64,000 bases of DNA, from assembly GCA_035519475.1 (NCBI GenBank), contig DATIWI010000179.1:29499-93498 (forward strand), written 5' to 3'. The notes beneath the pieces were generated by a model. That model was not told where the DNA came from and searched no databases. It worked only from the letters and a program-made list of their open reading frames with translations. Positions within the stretch are counted from its first letter, which is position 1. Each line of letters begins with the position of its first letter. The position numbers and the translations under genes are program-made. The stretch is from Opitutaceae bacterium (GTDB taxonomy: Bacteria > Verrucomicrobiota > Verrucomicrobiia > Opitutales > Opitutaceae). This document shows positions 29,085 to 39,224 of the stretch, in pieces.

Positions 29085-29624
29085 AAGTCCAGCTTCAACT
29101 AAATCCCGATCTGCTCGCCGTTGTTGAGCAACGGCTCGCAGCCCGGGAAGTGTCCAAAGTGACGCTCCGGACCGACCAGGAGTTTCCGGAGACTCGCCGA
29201 CGCACTGGTCGCCAGAGGCCCGCCCCGCTCGGAGTCTTCCAGCGACTTCGTCCGACCAAAACCTCGAAAGAACCACCCGCTGTAGACTCACCCTGGCCAC
29301 TGGCGGTTCCGCGGGCTCCTTAAAACAGAATGCAGGTTGTCTCAACTTTCAAGTGGCGGCGCCGTTTGGGTGGGAGCAGATCTTATCCGTTTAGTCGCGA
29401 ACCGGTTATCACGAGTTGCATTGCCGGCGCGTTGTGGAATCTTGCGGGCGGCGCACCCCGGCCGGACATTAGGAAATGAAATACTCATCGACTGACACCT
29501 GTTTACCATGCCACGCTCACCCGGCTTGTGGCCGCGCCGGATGAGCCGCCTCTGCTCGCCTGCCTGATTGCCACGCCGCGCGAAATCGCCCTCTGTCCCC
29601 TCTGAAGCCACTACCCCTGAGGCC

Positions 29625-30881
29625 ATGCATTCCCCTGTTCCTTCCGCCTCCGAACCGGCCATGGCCGGCACCCCGATGCCGGCTCCAGCGACCGGGTCCA
29701 GATTCCCCGACCTGGAGATCAAGGACGCGCAACTGATCTTCAACTCCGTCTGGGAAAGCCTGGAAGCCGAGTTTGGGCTGCAGCATCTGCGATTTCCCAA
29801 GGAGATCATCCTGCTGGGAGGCGCACCCGGTGCCGGCAAGGGCACCAACACCCCGTTCATCCTCAAGGCCCGCGGCCTCACCTGCCCGCCGATTGTTGTC
29901 AGCGCCTTGCTCGACTCACCGGAGGCGCGCCGCATCAAGGAGGCGGGTTACATGGTCGGCGATCGCGAAGTCGTGGGCATCCTGCTGCGCCGGCTGCTCC
30001 AGCCCGAATACCGCGACGGCTGCATCCTCGACGGCTTCCCGCGCACCAACGTGCAGGTCGAGTGCCTGAAGCTGCTGGTCGACCGCATGGAGGCGCTTTG
30101 GCGGGAATTCGCCTCCACGCCCTTTCGCATCCATTTCCGCCAGCCCACCATTCACATCATGGTGCTGTTCGTCGACGAGAACACCTCCGTTCAACGCCAG
30201 CTCAAGCGCGGCCGTGAGGTGCGGGCCCACAACGGCGAGGTGCGGCGCACGGGGATGGGCGAACTGCAGGAGGAGCGCGCCACCGATTATGACGAGGACC
30301 TGGCGCGGCGCCGATACCGTGTGTTCAAGGAACAGACCTGGGAAGCGCTCCAATCGCTGCGTGACCTCTTCCATTACCATTTCGTCGACGCCCAAGGATC
30401 TCTCCAGGAAGTCGAATACAACATTCTGACCGAGCTCCAGTACCAGAGCTCGCTCGAACTCGATCCCCGCACGTTCGACCGGCTGCGGAGCCTGCCGCTG
30501 GCCAGCGAAATCGTCGTGCATGCCCGGCAGGAGCTGGTCAAGCGGCTCGACGCCTATGCCTTTCAGCACGCGGAGGTCTTCGAGAAGGTGGTGGCGCTAA
30601 TCGAGAAGAAGATGATGCCCATCATCAAGCGCCACGCCATCTCCGGGCTCGCCCTGGTCAACAGCGAGGATCCGCTCCTCGACGACGCGCTCGCTCTCGC
30701 CATGCTCATCGACGTTTTTTCCGAGCGCGGCTTCCACGCCGTGGTGGACCTGCATCGCCTGGATATCCCGGAAAAGATCGATCCGGCTACCGGCCAGATT
30801 CAGAGCCGCATGAAAAAGGTGTACCGTATCCAGGTGCGTTTCCCGGGGTCCGAGATCCGGCGCGGGCAGGGCCCGTTCTGA
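29625..30881 (+). CDS. Adenylate-kinase-like protein with N- and C-terminal extensions
   Basis: AK P-loop LLGGAPGAGKGT, LDGFPRT, and an R-x-D-x-DED...RRRYRVFKEQT segment aligned by eye to AK. ~145-aa C-terminal region of unknown function. ATG at 29625 preferred to the TTG at 29568. Confidence 0.65.
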   Translation: MHSPVPSASEPAMAGTPMPAPATGSRFPDLEIKDAQLIFNSVWESLEAEFGLQHLRFPKEIILLGGAPGAGKGTNTPFILKARGLTCPPIVVSALLDSPEARRIKEAGYMVGDREVVGILLRRLLQPEYRDGCILDGFPRTNVQVECLKLLVDRMEALWREFASTPFRIHFRQPTIHIMVLFVDENTSVQRQLKRGREVRAHNGEVRRTGMGELQEERATDYDEDLARRRYRVFKEQTWEALQSLRDLFHYHFVDAQGSLQEVEYNILTELQYQSSLELDPRTFDRLRSLPLASEIVVHARQELVKRLDAYAFQHAEVFEKVVALIEKKMMPIIKRHAISGLALVNSEDPLLDDALALAMLIDVFSERGFHAVVDLHRLDIPEKIDPATGQIQSRMKKVYRIQVRFPGSEIRRGQGPF

Positions 30882-30899
30882 TCGCACCCGCGCGGCCGG

Positions 30900-32135
30900 T
30901 CACTCGTAGCGCAGCGCCTCGATCGGATCGAGCGAGGCGGCCTTCCATGCCGGGTAGAATCCGAAACAGATGCCGATGCCCGAGCAGACCACGAGGCCCA
31001 GGAACGCCCAGTCCCACGGAAAGATCGCGTCGGCCTTCATCAGGATGGCCACGAGGTTGCCCACCCCCACGCCGAGCGCGATTCCGAACACCCCGCCCGC
31101 CAGGGAAATGGCGACCGCCTCGATGAGAAACTGCGTGAGAATGGATTTCTTGCGCGCGCCGATCGATTTGCGGATGCCGATCTCCTTGGTGCGTTCTGTC
31201 ACACTGACGAGCATGATGTTCATGATTCCCACCCCGGCGGCCAGCAGCGCGATCCCGCTGATGACGAATGATCCGTTCGAAACCACATCGGCCACCTTTC
31301 CGAAGATGCCGAGGATCGAATCGTTGGAATACAGTTCGAAATCGTTTTCCGCCTCCGGCGCCAGACCGCGCACGATGCGCATCGCCGTCACCCCCTTGTC
31401 CATCGTCTCATTGTAGAGCTGATGGGACGGCGCCTCGGTCGCAATATTGACGGTATAGCGTTCCGTTCCCATGTCGGAGAAGAACCGGGTGATGGGAATC
31501 ATCGCGATATTGTCGTCGCTCTGTCCAAAGGTGGTCCCCTTGCCGGCAAAGGTTCCAATCACTACATAGGTCCGCTCCTTCACCTTGATCGTCTTGCCCA
31601 GCGGGTTCTCCGCTGGAAAGAGCTTCTTGATGATGTCCTGGCCGATGATGACCACCGGCCGTCCGAGCTCGATGTCCTCCGGCTGGAAGTTGCGCCCGAG
31701 CTCAATGCTGAACTGATTCGCGTTGAGAAAGAACTCATTGGTGCCGCCGAACGAGACATCCGGGGTCGTCTTGCGCGCATTGTACACCGCCTGGGCCGGA
31801 CTCTGATTGAAGACCTTCAGGCACACCACCTCCGAGACGCCGGCCATGAGCTGTTTGTAGCGGAGGGCCTGGGCGAGCGTGATATTGCGGCGCATCTCGT
31901 ACTTGCGGTGATCCCGGCCGCCACCACCGACGACGGGCCATTTGGCCATCTGGAAGGTATTCGAGCCCAGGAAGCTGAGCCCGACTTCAATGGAGCCGCG
32001 CAGGGCCGAAATCGTCGTCATCACCCCGATGACCGAGAACACCCCGATGGTGATGCCCAGCATCGTGAGGATCGAGCGGAGCTTGTTGACGCCGATCGAA
32101 CTGAAGGCGATGCGGAGGATCTCAGTGAGGGGCAT
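30900..32135 (-). CDS. ABC transporter permease, MacB/FtsX family
   Basis: N-terminal TM, a large periplasmic domain, a C-terminal FtsX 3-TM bundle, and the ending DPIEALRYE. Confidence 0.85.
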   Translation of the reverse strand: MPLTEILRIAFSSIGVNKLRSILTMLGITIGVFSVIGVMTTISALRGSIEVGLSFLGSNTFQMAKWPVVGGGGRDHRKYEMRRNITLAQALRYKQLMAGVSEVVCLKVFNQSPAQAVYNARKTTPDVSFGGTNEFFLNANQFSIELGRNFQPEDIELGRPVVIIGQDIIKKLFPAENPLGKTIKVKERTYVVIGTFAGKGTTFGQSDDNIAMIPITRFFSDMGTERYTVNIATEAPSHQLYNETMDKGVTAMRIVRGLAPEAENDFELYSNDSILGIFGKVADVVSNGSFVISGIALLAAGVGIMNIMLVSVTERTKEIGIRKSIGARKKSILTQFLIEAVAISLAGGVFGIALGVGVGNLVAILMKADAIFPWDWAFLGLVVCSGIGICFGFYPAWKAASLDPIEALRYE

Positions 32136-32168
32136 GGTCGGGGATCAATGGCGGACGCCGCGCCGAAC

Positions 32169-33428
32169 TCATTCGTACCGCAACGCCACCACCGGATCGA
32201 GGCGCGAGGCACCCCAAGCCGGCAGAAAGCCAGACAGGATGCCGGTGGCCACGGATACTAGCATGCTGATCAAAACCAGATCGGGTGAAAACCGGACCGG
32301 AAAATTGGGCATCTGCACGTGGATGCCCAGGAAGACGGCATAGGCGACCACCATGCCCACCGACCCCCCGATGAGGCAGATGGAAACGGCCTCGACCAGG
32401 AACTGCATCAGGATCGTGCGCCTCCGGGCGCCAATCGCCTTGCGCGTGCCGATCTCCTTCGTGCGTTCCTTCACACTCACAAAAGTGATATTCATGATGC
32501 CGATCGCTCCGACAAACAACGAAAGCCCGGTGATGAAAAGTCCCGCGAAGGCGATCGCCGTCTTGATGGGATCGAGCTGCGCCTTGAACGCTTGCTGCTC
32601 GTTCACGTTGAAATTGTCGCGTTCGCCGGGCAACTGGCCGCGCACCCGCCGCATGGCCCCGATCAGTTCATCCTTGGCCGGGCCCATCTTCGTCTTGTCC
32701 AGCACCTTCACCTCCAGCCGCGCGCCCCGCCGCCCGCCGAACATCCGGGTGAACGCCGAGATCGGCATCATGACCTGGTTGTCAAAACTGAACAGGCCTA
32801 GAAACTCGCCCTGCTTGGCGAAGACGCCGATCACGGAGCAGGGGTGGCCATCGATGATCACGGTCTGGCCGAGGGAGGACTGGCGCGGGAAGAGCGCCTC
32901 CGCGACGGTGTAGCCCAGCACACACACCGCCCGGCCGCCATTGGATTCCACGTCATTGAAGAACCGCCCTTCCTCACAGTCCACGGTGGTCATGCGCGCA
33001 TAGTCGGCCGTCGTCCCCATCGCAAAGATTCCATCCACTTTGCCGTCGCCATACTTGACCGAGCATCCCCGGCCGGCCTGCGGCACGGCGATCTCCAGCA
33101 GCGAATTGGGCGTCTCCGCGATGATGCGGTTCAGTTTCTCGGCATCCGTGATCCGGATGGGCGGCCGATTGATGTAGTTCCACCAGTCTTCCGCGCCAAA
33201 CCACGGCCATTTCTCGACGTAAAAGACATCGTTGCCCAGCATCGCGAGGCTGTTCTCGAAACCCGTGTCGATCCCGCGGATGGCGGTGCCCATCAGGGTG
33301 ACGGCCACGATGCCGATGATGACCCCCAGCGCGGTCAGCACCGAACGCGTCTTGTTCGCCCGAATCTGCGCCCACGCGATGCGGATGGATTCGGTGAATT
33401 CGTAGAGGAAGCGGGCCGGGGTTTTCAT
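32169..33428 (-). CDS. ABC transporter permease, MacB/FtsX family (paralog)
   Basis: Same architecture as 30900-32135. Ends DPVVALRYE. Confidence 0.85.
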   Translation of the reverse strand: MKTPARFLYEFTESIRIAWAQIRANKTRSVLTALGVIIGIVAVTLMGTAIRGIDTGFENSLAMLGNDVFYVEKWPWFGAEDWWNYINRPPIRITDAEKLNRIIAETPNSLLEIAVPQAGRGCSVKYGDGKVDGIFAMGTTADYARMTTVDCEEGRFFNDVESNGGRAVCVLGYTVAEALFPRQSSLGQTVIIDGHPCSVIGVFAKQGEFLGLFSFDNQVMMPISAFTRMFGGRRGARLEVKVLDKTKMGPAKDELIGAMRRVRGQLPGERDNFNVNEQQAFKAQLDPIKTAIAFAGLFITGLSLFVGAIGIMNITFVSVKERTKEIGTRKAIGARRRTILMQFLVEAVSICLIGGSVGMVVAYAVFLGIHVQMPNFPVRFSPDLVLISMLVSVATGILSGFLPAWGASRLDPVVALRYE

Positions 33429-33453
33429 CGGTGGCAGTGGTGACCGCGCGGAT

Positions 33454-34197
33454 TCAGACGTAAGTCATCCGGTCGCTTTCAATCAAACCATCGTGCAGGC
33501 GGATGGCCCGGCGGGCGTGCCGGGCAATGTCCTCCTCGTGCGTCACGACGATGATCGTGTTGCCCTGTTCATAGAGCTGGTCGAAGAGCTGCATGATTTC
33601 CTCGCCGGTCTTGGAATCGAGATTCCCGGTGGGCTCGTCCGCGAGGATGATCGAGGGGTGGTTGACGAGCGCGCGCGCGATGGCCACGCGCTGGCGTTGC
33701 CCGCCCGACAGCTCGTTGGGTTTGTGCAGCATGCGGTCGCCCAAGCCCACGTTGGTCATCGCCAGCCGGGCGCGCTCCCTTCGCTCGTGCGGCGACAGCC
33801 CCGCATAGATCAGCGGCAGTTCGACGTTGTGCAGGGAGGTCGAACGGGGCAGCAGGTTGAAGGTCTGAAAGACGAAGCCGATCTCCCGGTTGCGGATGCT
33901 GGCCAGCTCGTCGTCCGACATGCTGGAGACGTCCTTGCCGTTGAACTCGTAATGTCCGCTGGTGGGCGTATCGAGGCACCCGAGCATATTCATCAGGGTC
34001 GACTTGCCGCTGCCCGACGGGCCCATGATGGCCAGGTATTCGTTGCTGTGGACCTGGAGGCTGACCCCCCGGAGAGCGTGCACCGTCTCCTCGCCCATGT
34101 GATACAGCTTGGTCACCCCCCGGATGTCGATCACCAGGGGGCCGCGCGGGCGGACGGTGCGGCCAGAGATGGCGGCGGGTGCGGTGGGAGAAATCAT
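33454..34197 (-). CDS. ABC transporter ATP-binding protein (MacB/LolD-type)
   Basis: Walker [10 protein letters not shown], signature [15 protein letters not shown], Walker [12 protein letters not shown]. Start trimmed to the ATG at 34197. Confidence 0.9.
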   Translation of the reverse strand: MISPTAPAAISGRTVRPRGPLVIDIRGVTKLYHMGEETVHALRGVSLQVHSNEYLAIMGPSGSGKSTLMNMLGCLDTPTSGHYEFNGKDVSSMSDDELASIRNREIGFVFQTFNLLPRSTSLHNVELPLIYAGLSPHERRERARLAMTNVGLGDRMLHKPNELSGGQRQRVAIARALVNHPSIILADEPTGNLDSKTGEEIMQLFDQLYEQGNTIIVVTHEEDIARHARRAIRLHDGLIESDRMTYV

Positions 34198-34216
34198 GGC
34201 AACGGGGCGGATCGGC

Positions 34217-35632
34217 TCAGCTCTTCTCCTCCGGCTTCTTCTTCTCAACCAGAACCTTGGCTCCGTCCTTCAGCGTGCGGCTGATGGCAGCATAACTGCC
34301 CGACACCACTTCTTCTCCCGTCTTCACCCCGCTCTTGATCTCGATGTAAGAGTTGTCGGCGACGCCGGTCTCGACCGGGCGCATCTTCACGCTGTCGCCC
34401 TGACGCACGAAGACGACCCGCTGCAGCTTTTCCAAGGTCCGCTTGGCCTCCTGGCGTTCCTTGACAACCTCCAGATCGTTGCCGGATCGCTCCTTGGCTT
34501 CCTTGGCCCGCTGCGCCTGGAGTTCCTCGCTCGTCCTGCCACCCTCGGCCCGGACGGTGACACTCTGGATCGGCACGGAGATCACGTCCTTCACGGTCTC
34601 GGTTTCGACGTCGACCGTGCCGCTCATGCCGGGGCGTAGCTTGGCCTCCTTGTCGGTGATCCGGATCCGCACGAGGAAATTGGTCACCTCGTCGGAAGCT
34701 GAGGCCGCGAGCGCCGCCTGGTTGTTGCTGGCCGCTCCGAGGCCCGTGGTCAGCGCCGAGCTGCTGATCTCGCTCACCGTGCCGTCGAATTTCCGGCCGG
34801 GAAAGGCGTCGACGGCGACAACGGTGTGATCCCCGATCTTCACGTTCACGATATCGTTCTCGTTCACCTTGACGCGCACCTCCATGTGGCTGAGGTCGGC
34901 GATGCGCATGACCTCGGTGCCGGCGAACTGCCCGGTGCCGACGACCCGCTCGCCCACCTCGTTGTTCAGCACGCTGATCGTGCCGTCCATCGGCGCGTAA
35001 ATCGTGGTCTTGCTCAACTGGTCGCGGTACTGGCTGAGCGCTCCCTCGGTCTGGCGGATGGCGGCGAGCGAGGCCTGGTAGTTGGCGCGCGCGACCTCAT
35101 GGCCGGTCTTGGCGGCAGTGTAATCCGCGTCCGAGATCAGCTTCTTCTGGTAGAGATCATCGGCCCGTCGAAAATCTTCCTCGGCCTTGTCCAGATTCGC
35201 CTTGGCGAGGAGGCTGGCGGCCCTGGACGACGCGAGCGCCGCTTCCTGCTGGTCGACCAGGGCGATATAGAAATCGGGTTTGATCCGGACAATGATGTCG
35301 CCCTTCTTGACGGTCTGACCCTCCTTGAACGGCAGGGCGACCACTTCACCGGAAACCTCCGGGGCGATCCCGACCTCAATCTCGGGCTGCACCTTCCCGG
35401 TCGCGGTGACAAGATGCGTGATGGTCCGGACGACGGCCTTCTCAGTCGTCACCATCGTCGGCTTGACCCCCTGCTTGCTCTTGACCACGGCGGCGATCAC
35501 GAGGGCGATCACGACCACAATCGCGAGAATGATCCACCACTTCCGGCGGGACTTCTTGCGGGCGGGAATGATCGTCGCCGCCGGCGCAGCATCAGAGCGT
35601 GGAAGAGTGGCGGATGTCAGGGTCTGGCTCAT
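34217..35632 (-). CDS. Efflux periplasmic adaptor (HlyD/MacA family)
   Basis: N-terminal TM anchor, a lipoyl/barrel-sandwich domain, a long coiled-coil hairpin and a beta-barrel. Start trimmed to MSQTLTS (ATG at 35632). Confidence 0.85.
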   Translation of the reverse strand: MSQTLTSATLPRSDAAPAATIIPARKKSRRKWWIILAIVVVIALVIAAVVKSKQGVKPTMVTTEKAVVRTITHLVTATGKVQPEIEVGIAPEVSGEVVALPFKEGQTVKKGDIIVRIKPDFYIALVDQQEAALASSRAASLLAKANLDKAEEDFRRADDLYQKKLISDADYTAAKTGHEVARANYQASLAAIRQTEGALSQYRDQLSKTTIYAPMDGTISVLNNEVGERVVGTGQFAGTEVMRIADLSHMEVRVKVNENDIVNVKIGDHTVVAVDAFPGRKFDGTVSEISSSALTTGLGAASNNQAALAASASDEVTNFLVRIRITDKEAKLRPGMSGTVDVETETVKDVISVPIQSVTVRAEGGRTSEELQAQRAKEAKERSGNDLEVVKERQEAKRTLEKLQRVVFVRQGDSVKMRPVETGVADNSYIEIKSGVKTGEEVVSGSYAAISRTLKDGAKVLVEKKKPEEKS

Positions 35633-35932
35633 GGGTGGAGCGAAAAGGTTTGGCCTATCTGGATGTCCAAGGCAAGCAGGGCGAATCCGGGAGCTGAAAC
35701 AGGCGCAAGTCGGGCTGGGTTGGCAGCGACAGCGGCCTGGCGGCAGGCAGCCGGGCGCGGCGTGGTTCCATGACACTAGATCCATTCCTGGGGTTGCACT
35801 GATTTTGGATGAACGGACGCCGGAAGGGACAGATGGCGGGGACGCCCGCGGGTTCGTTCCGCCGGTCTCCCGGGCAAAAACCCTTGCTTCGGCCGGCGGG
35901 CGGGCCATTGCATGATCTCACCCCCTATGAGC

Positions 35933-36721
35933 ATGCGGTTTTGCATCCTCGGCAGCGGCAGCGAGGGCAACTGTGCCTTTCTTCAGACCGAGGCCGCCCG
36001 CGTCCTGGTTGACGCCGGGTTCTCCGCCCGCCGCATTGCCCGCCTGCTGGCCTCCGTGGGCGAGACCTTGGATCGGATCGACGCCGTCTTCCTCACGCAC
36101 GAGCACGGCGACCACGCCGCCGGCATCAGCGGGCTCTCGCATCATCCGCACATCAAGATTTTCGCGAACCACGCCACGGCCCATGCCGTGCAGGCCGGCC
36201 TGACCTACCGCCCCGCGTGGCAGCTCTTCGAGACCGGATCGCACTTCCGTTTCCGCGATCTGGAGATCGAAAGCTTTGCGGTACCCCATGACGCCCATGA
36301 TCCCGTCGCATTTGTCTTCAGCCACGGCTTCAACGGCGTCCTGACGCCGGTGCGCCGCCTCGCCTGGCTGACCGACCTTGGCCACGCCCCCCAGCACGTC
36401 CGGGAACGCATCCGCGAGGCGGATGTGCTCGTGGTCGAGGCCAATTTCTGCCCGCAGATGCTCAAGGACGATCCGAAGCGCCCCTGGTCGGTCAAGCAGC
36501 GCATCAGCGGCCGGCACGGTCATCTGTCGAACGAGGGCGCCCGCGAACTCCTTGCCTCGGTCGCCTCGCCGCGCTGGCGCCACGTTTTTCTCGCCCACCT
36601 CAGCCGCGAGTGTAACAGCCCGGCGGCCGTCGAATCCGCCTGCGCCGGGGCGCTGGCCGCCATCCCGTGCGGCTTCTCCATCGTCGCGCCCGGCGCCGGC
36701 ACGCCTTTCTACCAGTTCTGA
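35933..36721 (+). CDS. MBL-fold metallo-hydrolase (YycJ/PhnP-like)
   Basis: MRFCILGSGSEGNCAF and the HEHGDH metal motif. Alternative upstream ATGs at 35912 and 35927. Confidence 0.75.
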   Translation: MRFCILGSGSEGNCAFLQTEAARVLVDAGFSARRIARLLASVGETLDRIDAVFLTHEHGDHAAGISGLSHHPHIKIFANHATAHAVQAGLTYRPAWQLFETGSHFRFRDLEIESFAVPHDAHDPVAFVFSHGFNGVLTPVRRLAWLTDLGHAPQHVRERIREADVLVVEANFCPQMLKDDPKRPWSVKQRISGRHGHLSNEGARELLASVASPRWRHVFLAHLSRECNSPAAVESACAGALAAIPCGFSIVAPGAGTPFYQF

Positions 36722-36816
36722 CCGCGGGCCCGCCCGGGGTCTGCCGGCGGAGGTGCGCGGGTTTCGTGGCGCACAACTTGCTCCCGGCTGCCGCCGCCTT
36801 TAGCCTGTCGCCGCGC

Positions 36817-38244
36817 ATGCATCCGCCCTTCCGACTCACCAAAATCATCTTCACGGTCGGGCCTGCCACCGAAAACGAGGAGACACTCGAAAAGATCATC
36901 CGCGCGGGCGCTGACGTCTGTCGCATCAACATGGCGCACGCCACCCACGAATGGACTCGCCAGATCATTCGCCGGGTGCGCGCCGCCTCGCAGCGGGCCG
37001 GCCGCGAGATTGCGATCATGATGGACATCAAGGGCCCCGAAATTCGCACCGGCGATCTGGCGGCGCCGATCGAGCTCACGGCGGGCGAAATCTTCGACTT
37101 CACCGTGAAGCCCGCGGGACCGCGGGAAAGCACGGAGGAGGTGCGCTCGGTGGATGTCAACTACCAGGATCTCATCAACGACATCAGCGTCGGCGACACC
37201 GTGCTGGTCGACAACGGCCTCATCCGCCTCGAGGTGCTCGAGAAGCGGGACGCGCACATTCGCTGTCGCGTGCTCACCCCGGGCCAGCTCGCCTCGCGCC
37301 GCCACATCAACCTGCCTGGCGTGAACGTCAACCTGCCCGCCTTCACCGAGAAGGACCGTGCCGACACGCTGGTCGGCCTCGAAGAGGGCCTCGACCTGGT
37401 GGCGCTTTCCTTCGTCCGGTCGGCGGCGGACATCGCGCATCTGCGCGAATTCCTGCGGAGCCGCAATTCCCGCGCCCGGATCATCGCCAAGATCGAGGAC
37501 CAGTCGGCGATCGCCAACCTCGATGAGATCGTCCAGGCCTGCGATGGCCTGATGGTGGCGCGCGGCGACCTCGGCATCGAATGCCCCTTCGAGGAGCTGC
37601 CCATCATCCAGCGGCGCGCGGTGCGGGCCTGTCTGCACCACGGGCGCGCCGTGATCATCGCGACGCACATGCTCGAATCGATGGTCCAGCAGCCCATGCC
37701 CACCCGCGCCGAGATCACGGACGTCGCCAATGCCGTCGACGAGCGCGCGGACTGCGTGATGCTCTCGGGCGAAACCTCGGTCGGGCGCTACCCGGTGGAG
37801 TGCGTGCTGATTCTCGACAAGATCGCCCGGCGCAGCGAACAGGAGGAGCCCGACGAGGTGCTGGACCCGGTGAGCCTCGGTGGCGACAAGGTGAAGCTCC
37901 TGCATTCCGCCGCGGTCATGGCCAACGAACTGCCCGGCTCGCTCCTGGTCACGTTCACCCGCCAGGGCTTCATGGCCCAGGGGCTCGCCGCCATGCGCCC
38001 GCGCCGCGCCGCGATCCTGGCCTTCACGCCCTCGCTCGAGACTCTCCGGCAGCTGCGCCTGTCGCGCGGCGTGGAACCCTACCTGATGACGTTCTCCGCC
38101 GACCCCGATCTGACGATCGAGCACGCGATCCAGCAGCTCAAACACCACGGGCGCGTCGCCGCGGGCGACAAGCTGATCGTCGTCACGGACATTCTGTCGC
38201 AAGACCGGTTGGTGGACAGCGTCCAGCTGCGCGCGGTGCGTTGA
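36817..38244 (+). CDS. pyk: Pyruvate kinase
   Basis: TKIIFTVGPAT, MVARGDLGIE and MLSGETS motifs. Start trimmed to MHPPFRLTK (ATG at 36817). Confidence 0.95.
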   Translation: MHPPFRLTKIIFTVGPATENEETLEKIIRAGADVCRINMAHATHEWTRQIIRRVRAASQRAGREIAIMMDIKGPEIRTGDLAAPIELTAGEIFDFTVKPAGPRESTEEVRSVDVNYQDLINDISVGDTVLVDNGLIRLEVLEKRDAHIRCRVLTPGQLASRRHINLPGVNVNLPAFTEKDRADTLVGLEEGLDLVALSFVRSAADIAHLREFLRSRNSRARIIAKIEDQSAIANLDEIVQACDGLMVARGDLGIECPFEELPIIQRRAVRACLHHGRAVIIATHMLESMVQQPMPTRAEITDVANAVDERADCVMLSGETSVGRYPVECVLILDKIARRSEQEEPDEVLDPVSLGGDKVKLLHSAAVMANELPGSLLVTFTRQGFMAQGLAAMRPRRAAILAFTPSLETLRQLRLSRGVEPYLMTFSADPDLTIEHAIQQLKHHGRVAAGDKLIVVTDILSQDRLVDSVQLRAVR

Positions 38245-38271
38245 CGGCCGAGGGCGCCCGCGTCCGGCATT

Positions 38272-38730
38272 TCAGTCCCGCTCAAAACCCGCCTGCCGCA
38301 GTTCCACTCGCAAGGCGGTGAGGGAGACGTGGAGGTCGACGAGAAAAACGACCAGTGACGCGATCAGCGCCGCCATGCAGAGGATGAAGCACAGGCTCAC
38401 CAGGAGCGCCGCTTCGACGTGCAGGAGCGCCGCGAGGAAGAGCGACATGATGAGGAGCCCGGCCAGGAGGACGCTCGCCGTCGCCAGAATAATCGCGAGG
38501 CGGATGATCTTCGCCCGGTGATAGAGCATCGCCAGCTGCGCTGCCAGGTGTTCCCGATCGGCGTCGACGGCAGCCGGCAGCTCCCGCGCCAGGATGCGGG
38601 AGCGATCAATCACGCGCCCGAAGCGGTTGGTCATCGAAAGCAGCAACAAACCTACGCCGGAGATCAGAATCACCGGGCCGATCGCCGTTTGAATCACAGG
38701 AATAAGCTCTTGCAGGGTCAGCGAGGTCAT
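38272..38730 (-). CDS. DUF2721-like membrane protein
   Basis: LIPVIQTAIGPVILISGVGLLLLSMTNRFGRVIDRSR plus C-terminal TM segments. Start trimmed to the ATG at 38730. Confidence 0.65.
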   Translation of the reverse strand: MTSLTLQELIPVIQTAIGPVILISGVGLLLLSMTNRFGRVIDRSRILARELPAAVDADREHLAAQLAMLYHRAKIIRLAIILATASVLLAGLLIMSLFLAALLHVEAALLVSLCFILCMAALIASLVVFLVDLHVSLTALRVELRQAGFERD

Positions 38731-38872
38731 GGATCGCGATGAGACATCACCGCGGCCCGAATTGCTAGCAGACCGCCGCCGTCTTGTCGTCATCGAAAAC
38801 GGCGCGCCTCGCGACCACCAATCGGCGCGCGGGCTTGCGATTCCCTTCAATCGCGGTATTGGTCGTCCTCTT

Positions 38873-39109
38873 GTGCTGGCTGGGCCCAGATATTTGCGCA
38901 TTCCTTCGTCATTCCTGCACCGGCTGCTCGCCGCTGCCGGAGTCGCGCTGGTGCTGGTGCTTGGCGTTCTCGCGGCGAATCCCGAGCTGCACCAGCGGCT
39001 GCATCCCGACGCCGGACAGGCCGGGCACGAGTGCGGCGTCACGCTGTTTCTGCATGGCGTGGAGGCGGTGCTGGTAACCGCCGCGGTGGCCGCCCCGCCG
39101 GTGGGCTGA
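38873..39109 (+). CDS. Small membrane peptide with a His/Cys motif (HQRLHPDAGQAGHECGVTLFLHG)
   Basis: By my hand count, third-position G/C rises from ~56% (38729-38893) to ~82% (38894-39109). One TM segment. The start is unresolved (GTG 38873 or TTG 38894). Sits directly upstream of the TonB-dependent receptor. Confidence 0.4.
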   Translation: MLAGPRYLRIPSSFLHRLLAAAGVALVLVLGVLAANPELHQRLHPDAGQAGHECGVTLFLHGVEAVLVTAAVAAPPVG

Positions 39110-39224
39110 GTTGATCGCCGTGTCGTGGCGCCGCGTTCGTTGCGTGTGGCACTCTCACTCCCGCGTCGGCGGCGGTCGCCGCCGGGCGGGGCTTTCTGGT
39201 GCATCCGTCAACTCCACCGTGCTC

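Noticed and set aside
28836-29345. 169-aa minus-strand ORF spanning the regulator leader, and the 198-aa ORF at 29342-29938.
   Set aside because: Both give Arg/Gly/Pro-rich translations without motifs. They overlap the response-regulator and AK-like coding regions in other frames.
38729-38893. The ATG at 38729 as the start of a 126-aa protein upstream of the TonB receptor.
   Set aside because: This ATG overlaps the divergent DUF2721 start codon (CATG at 38728-38731). The first 55 codons have non-coding-like third-position composition (~56% G/C by my count). Only the distal part is retained, as a low-confidence small CDS.
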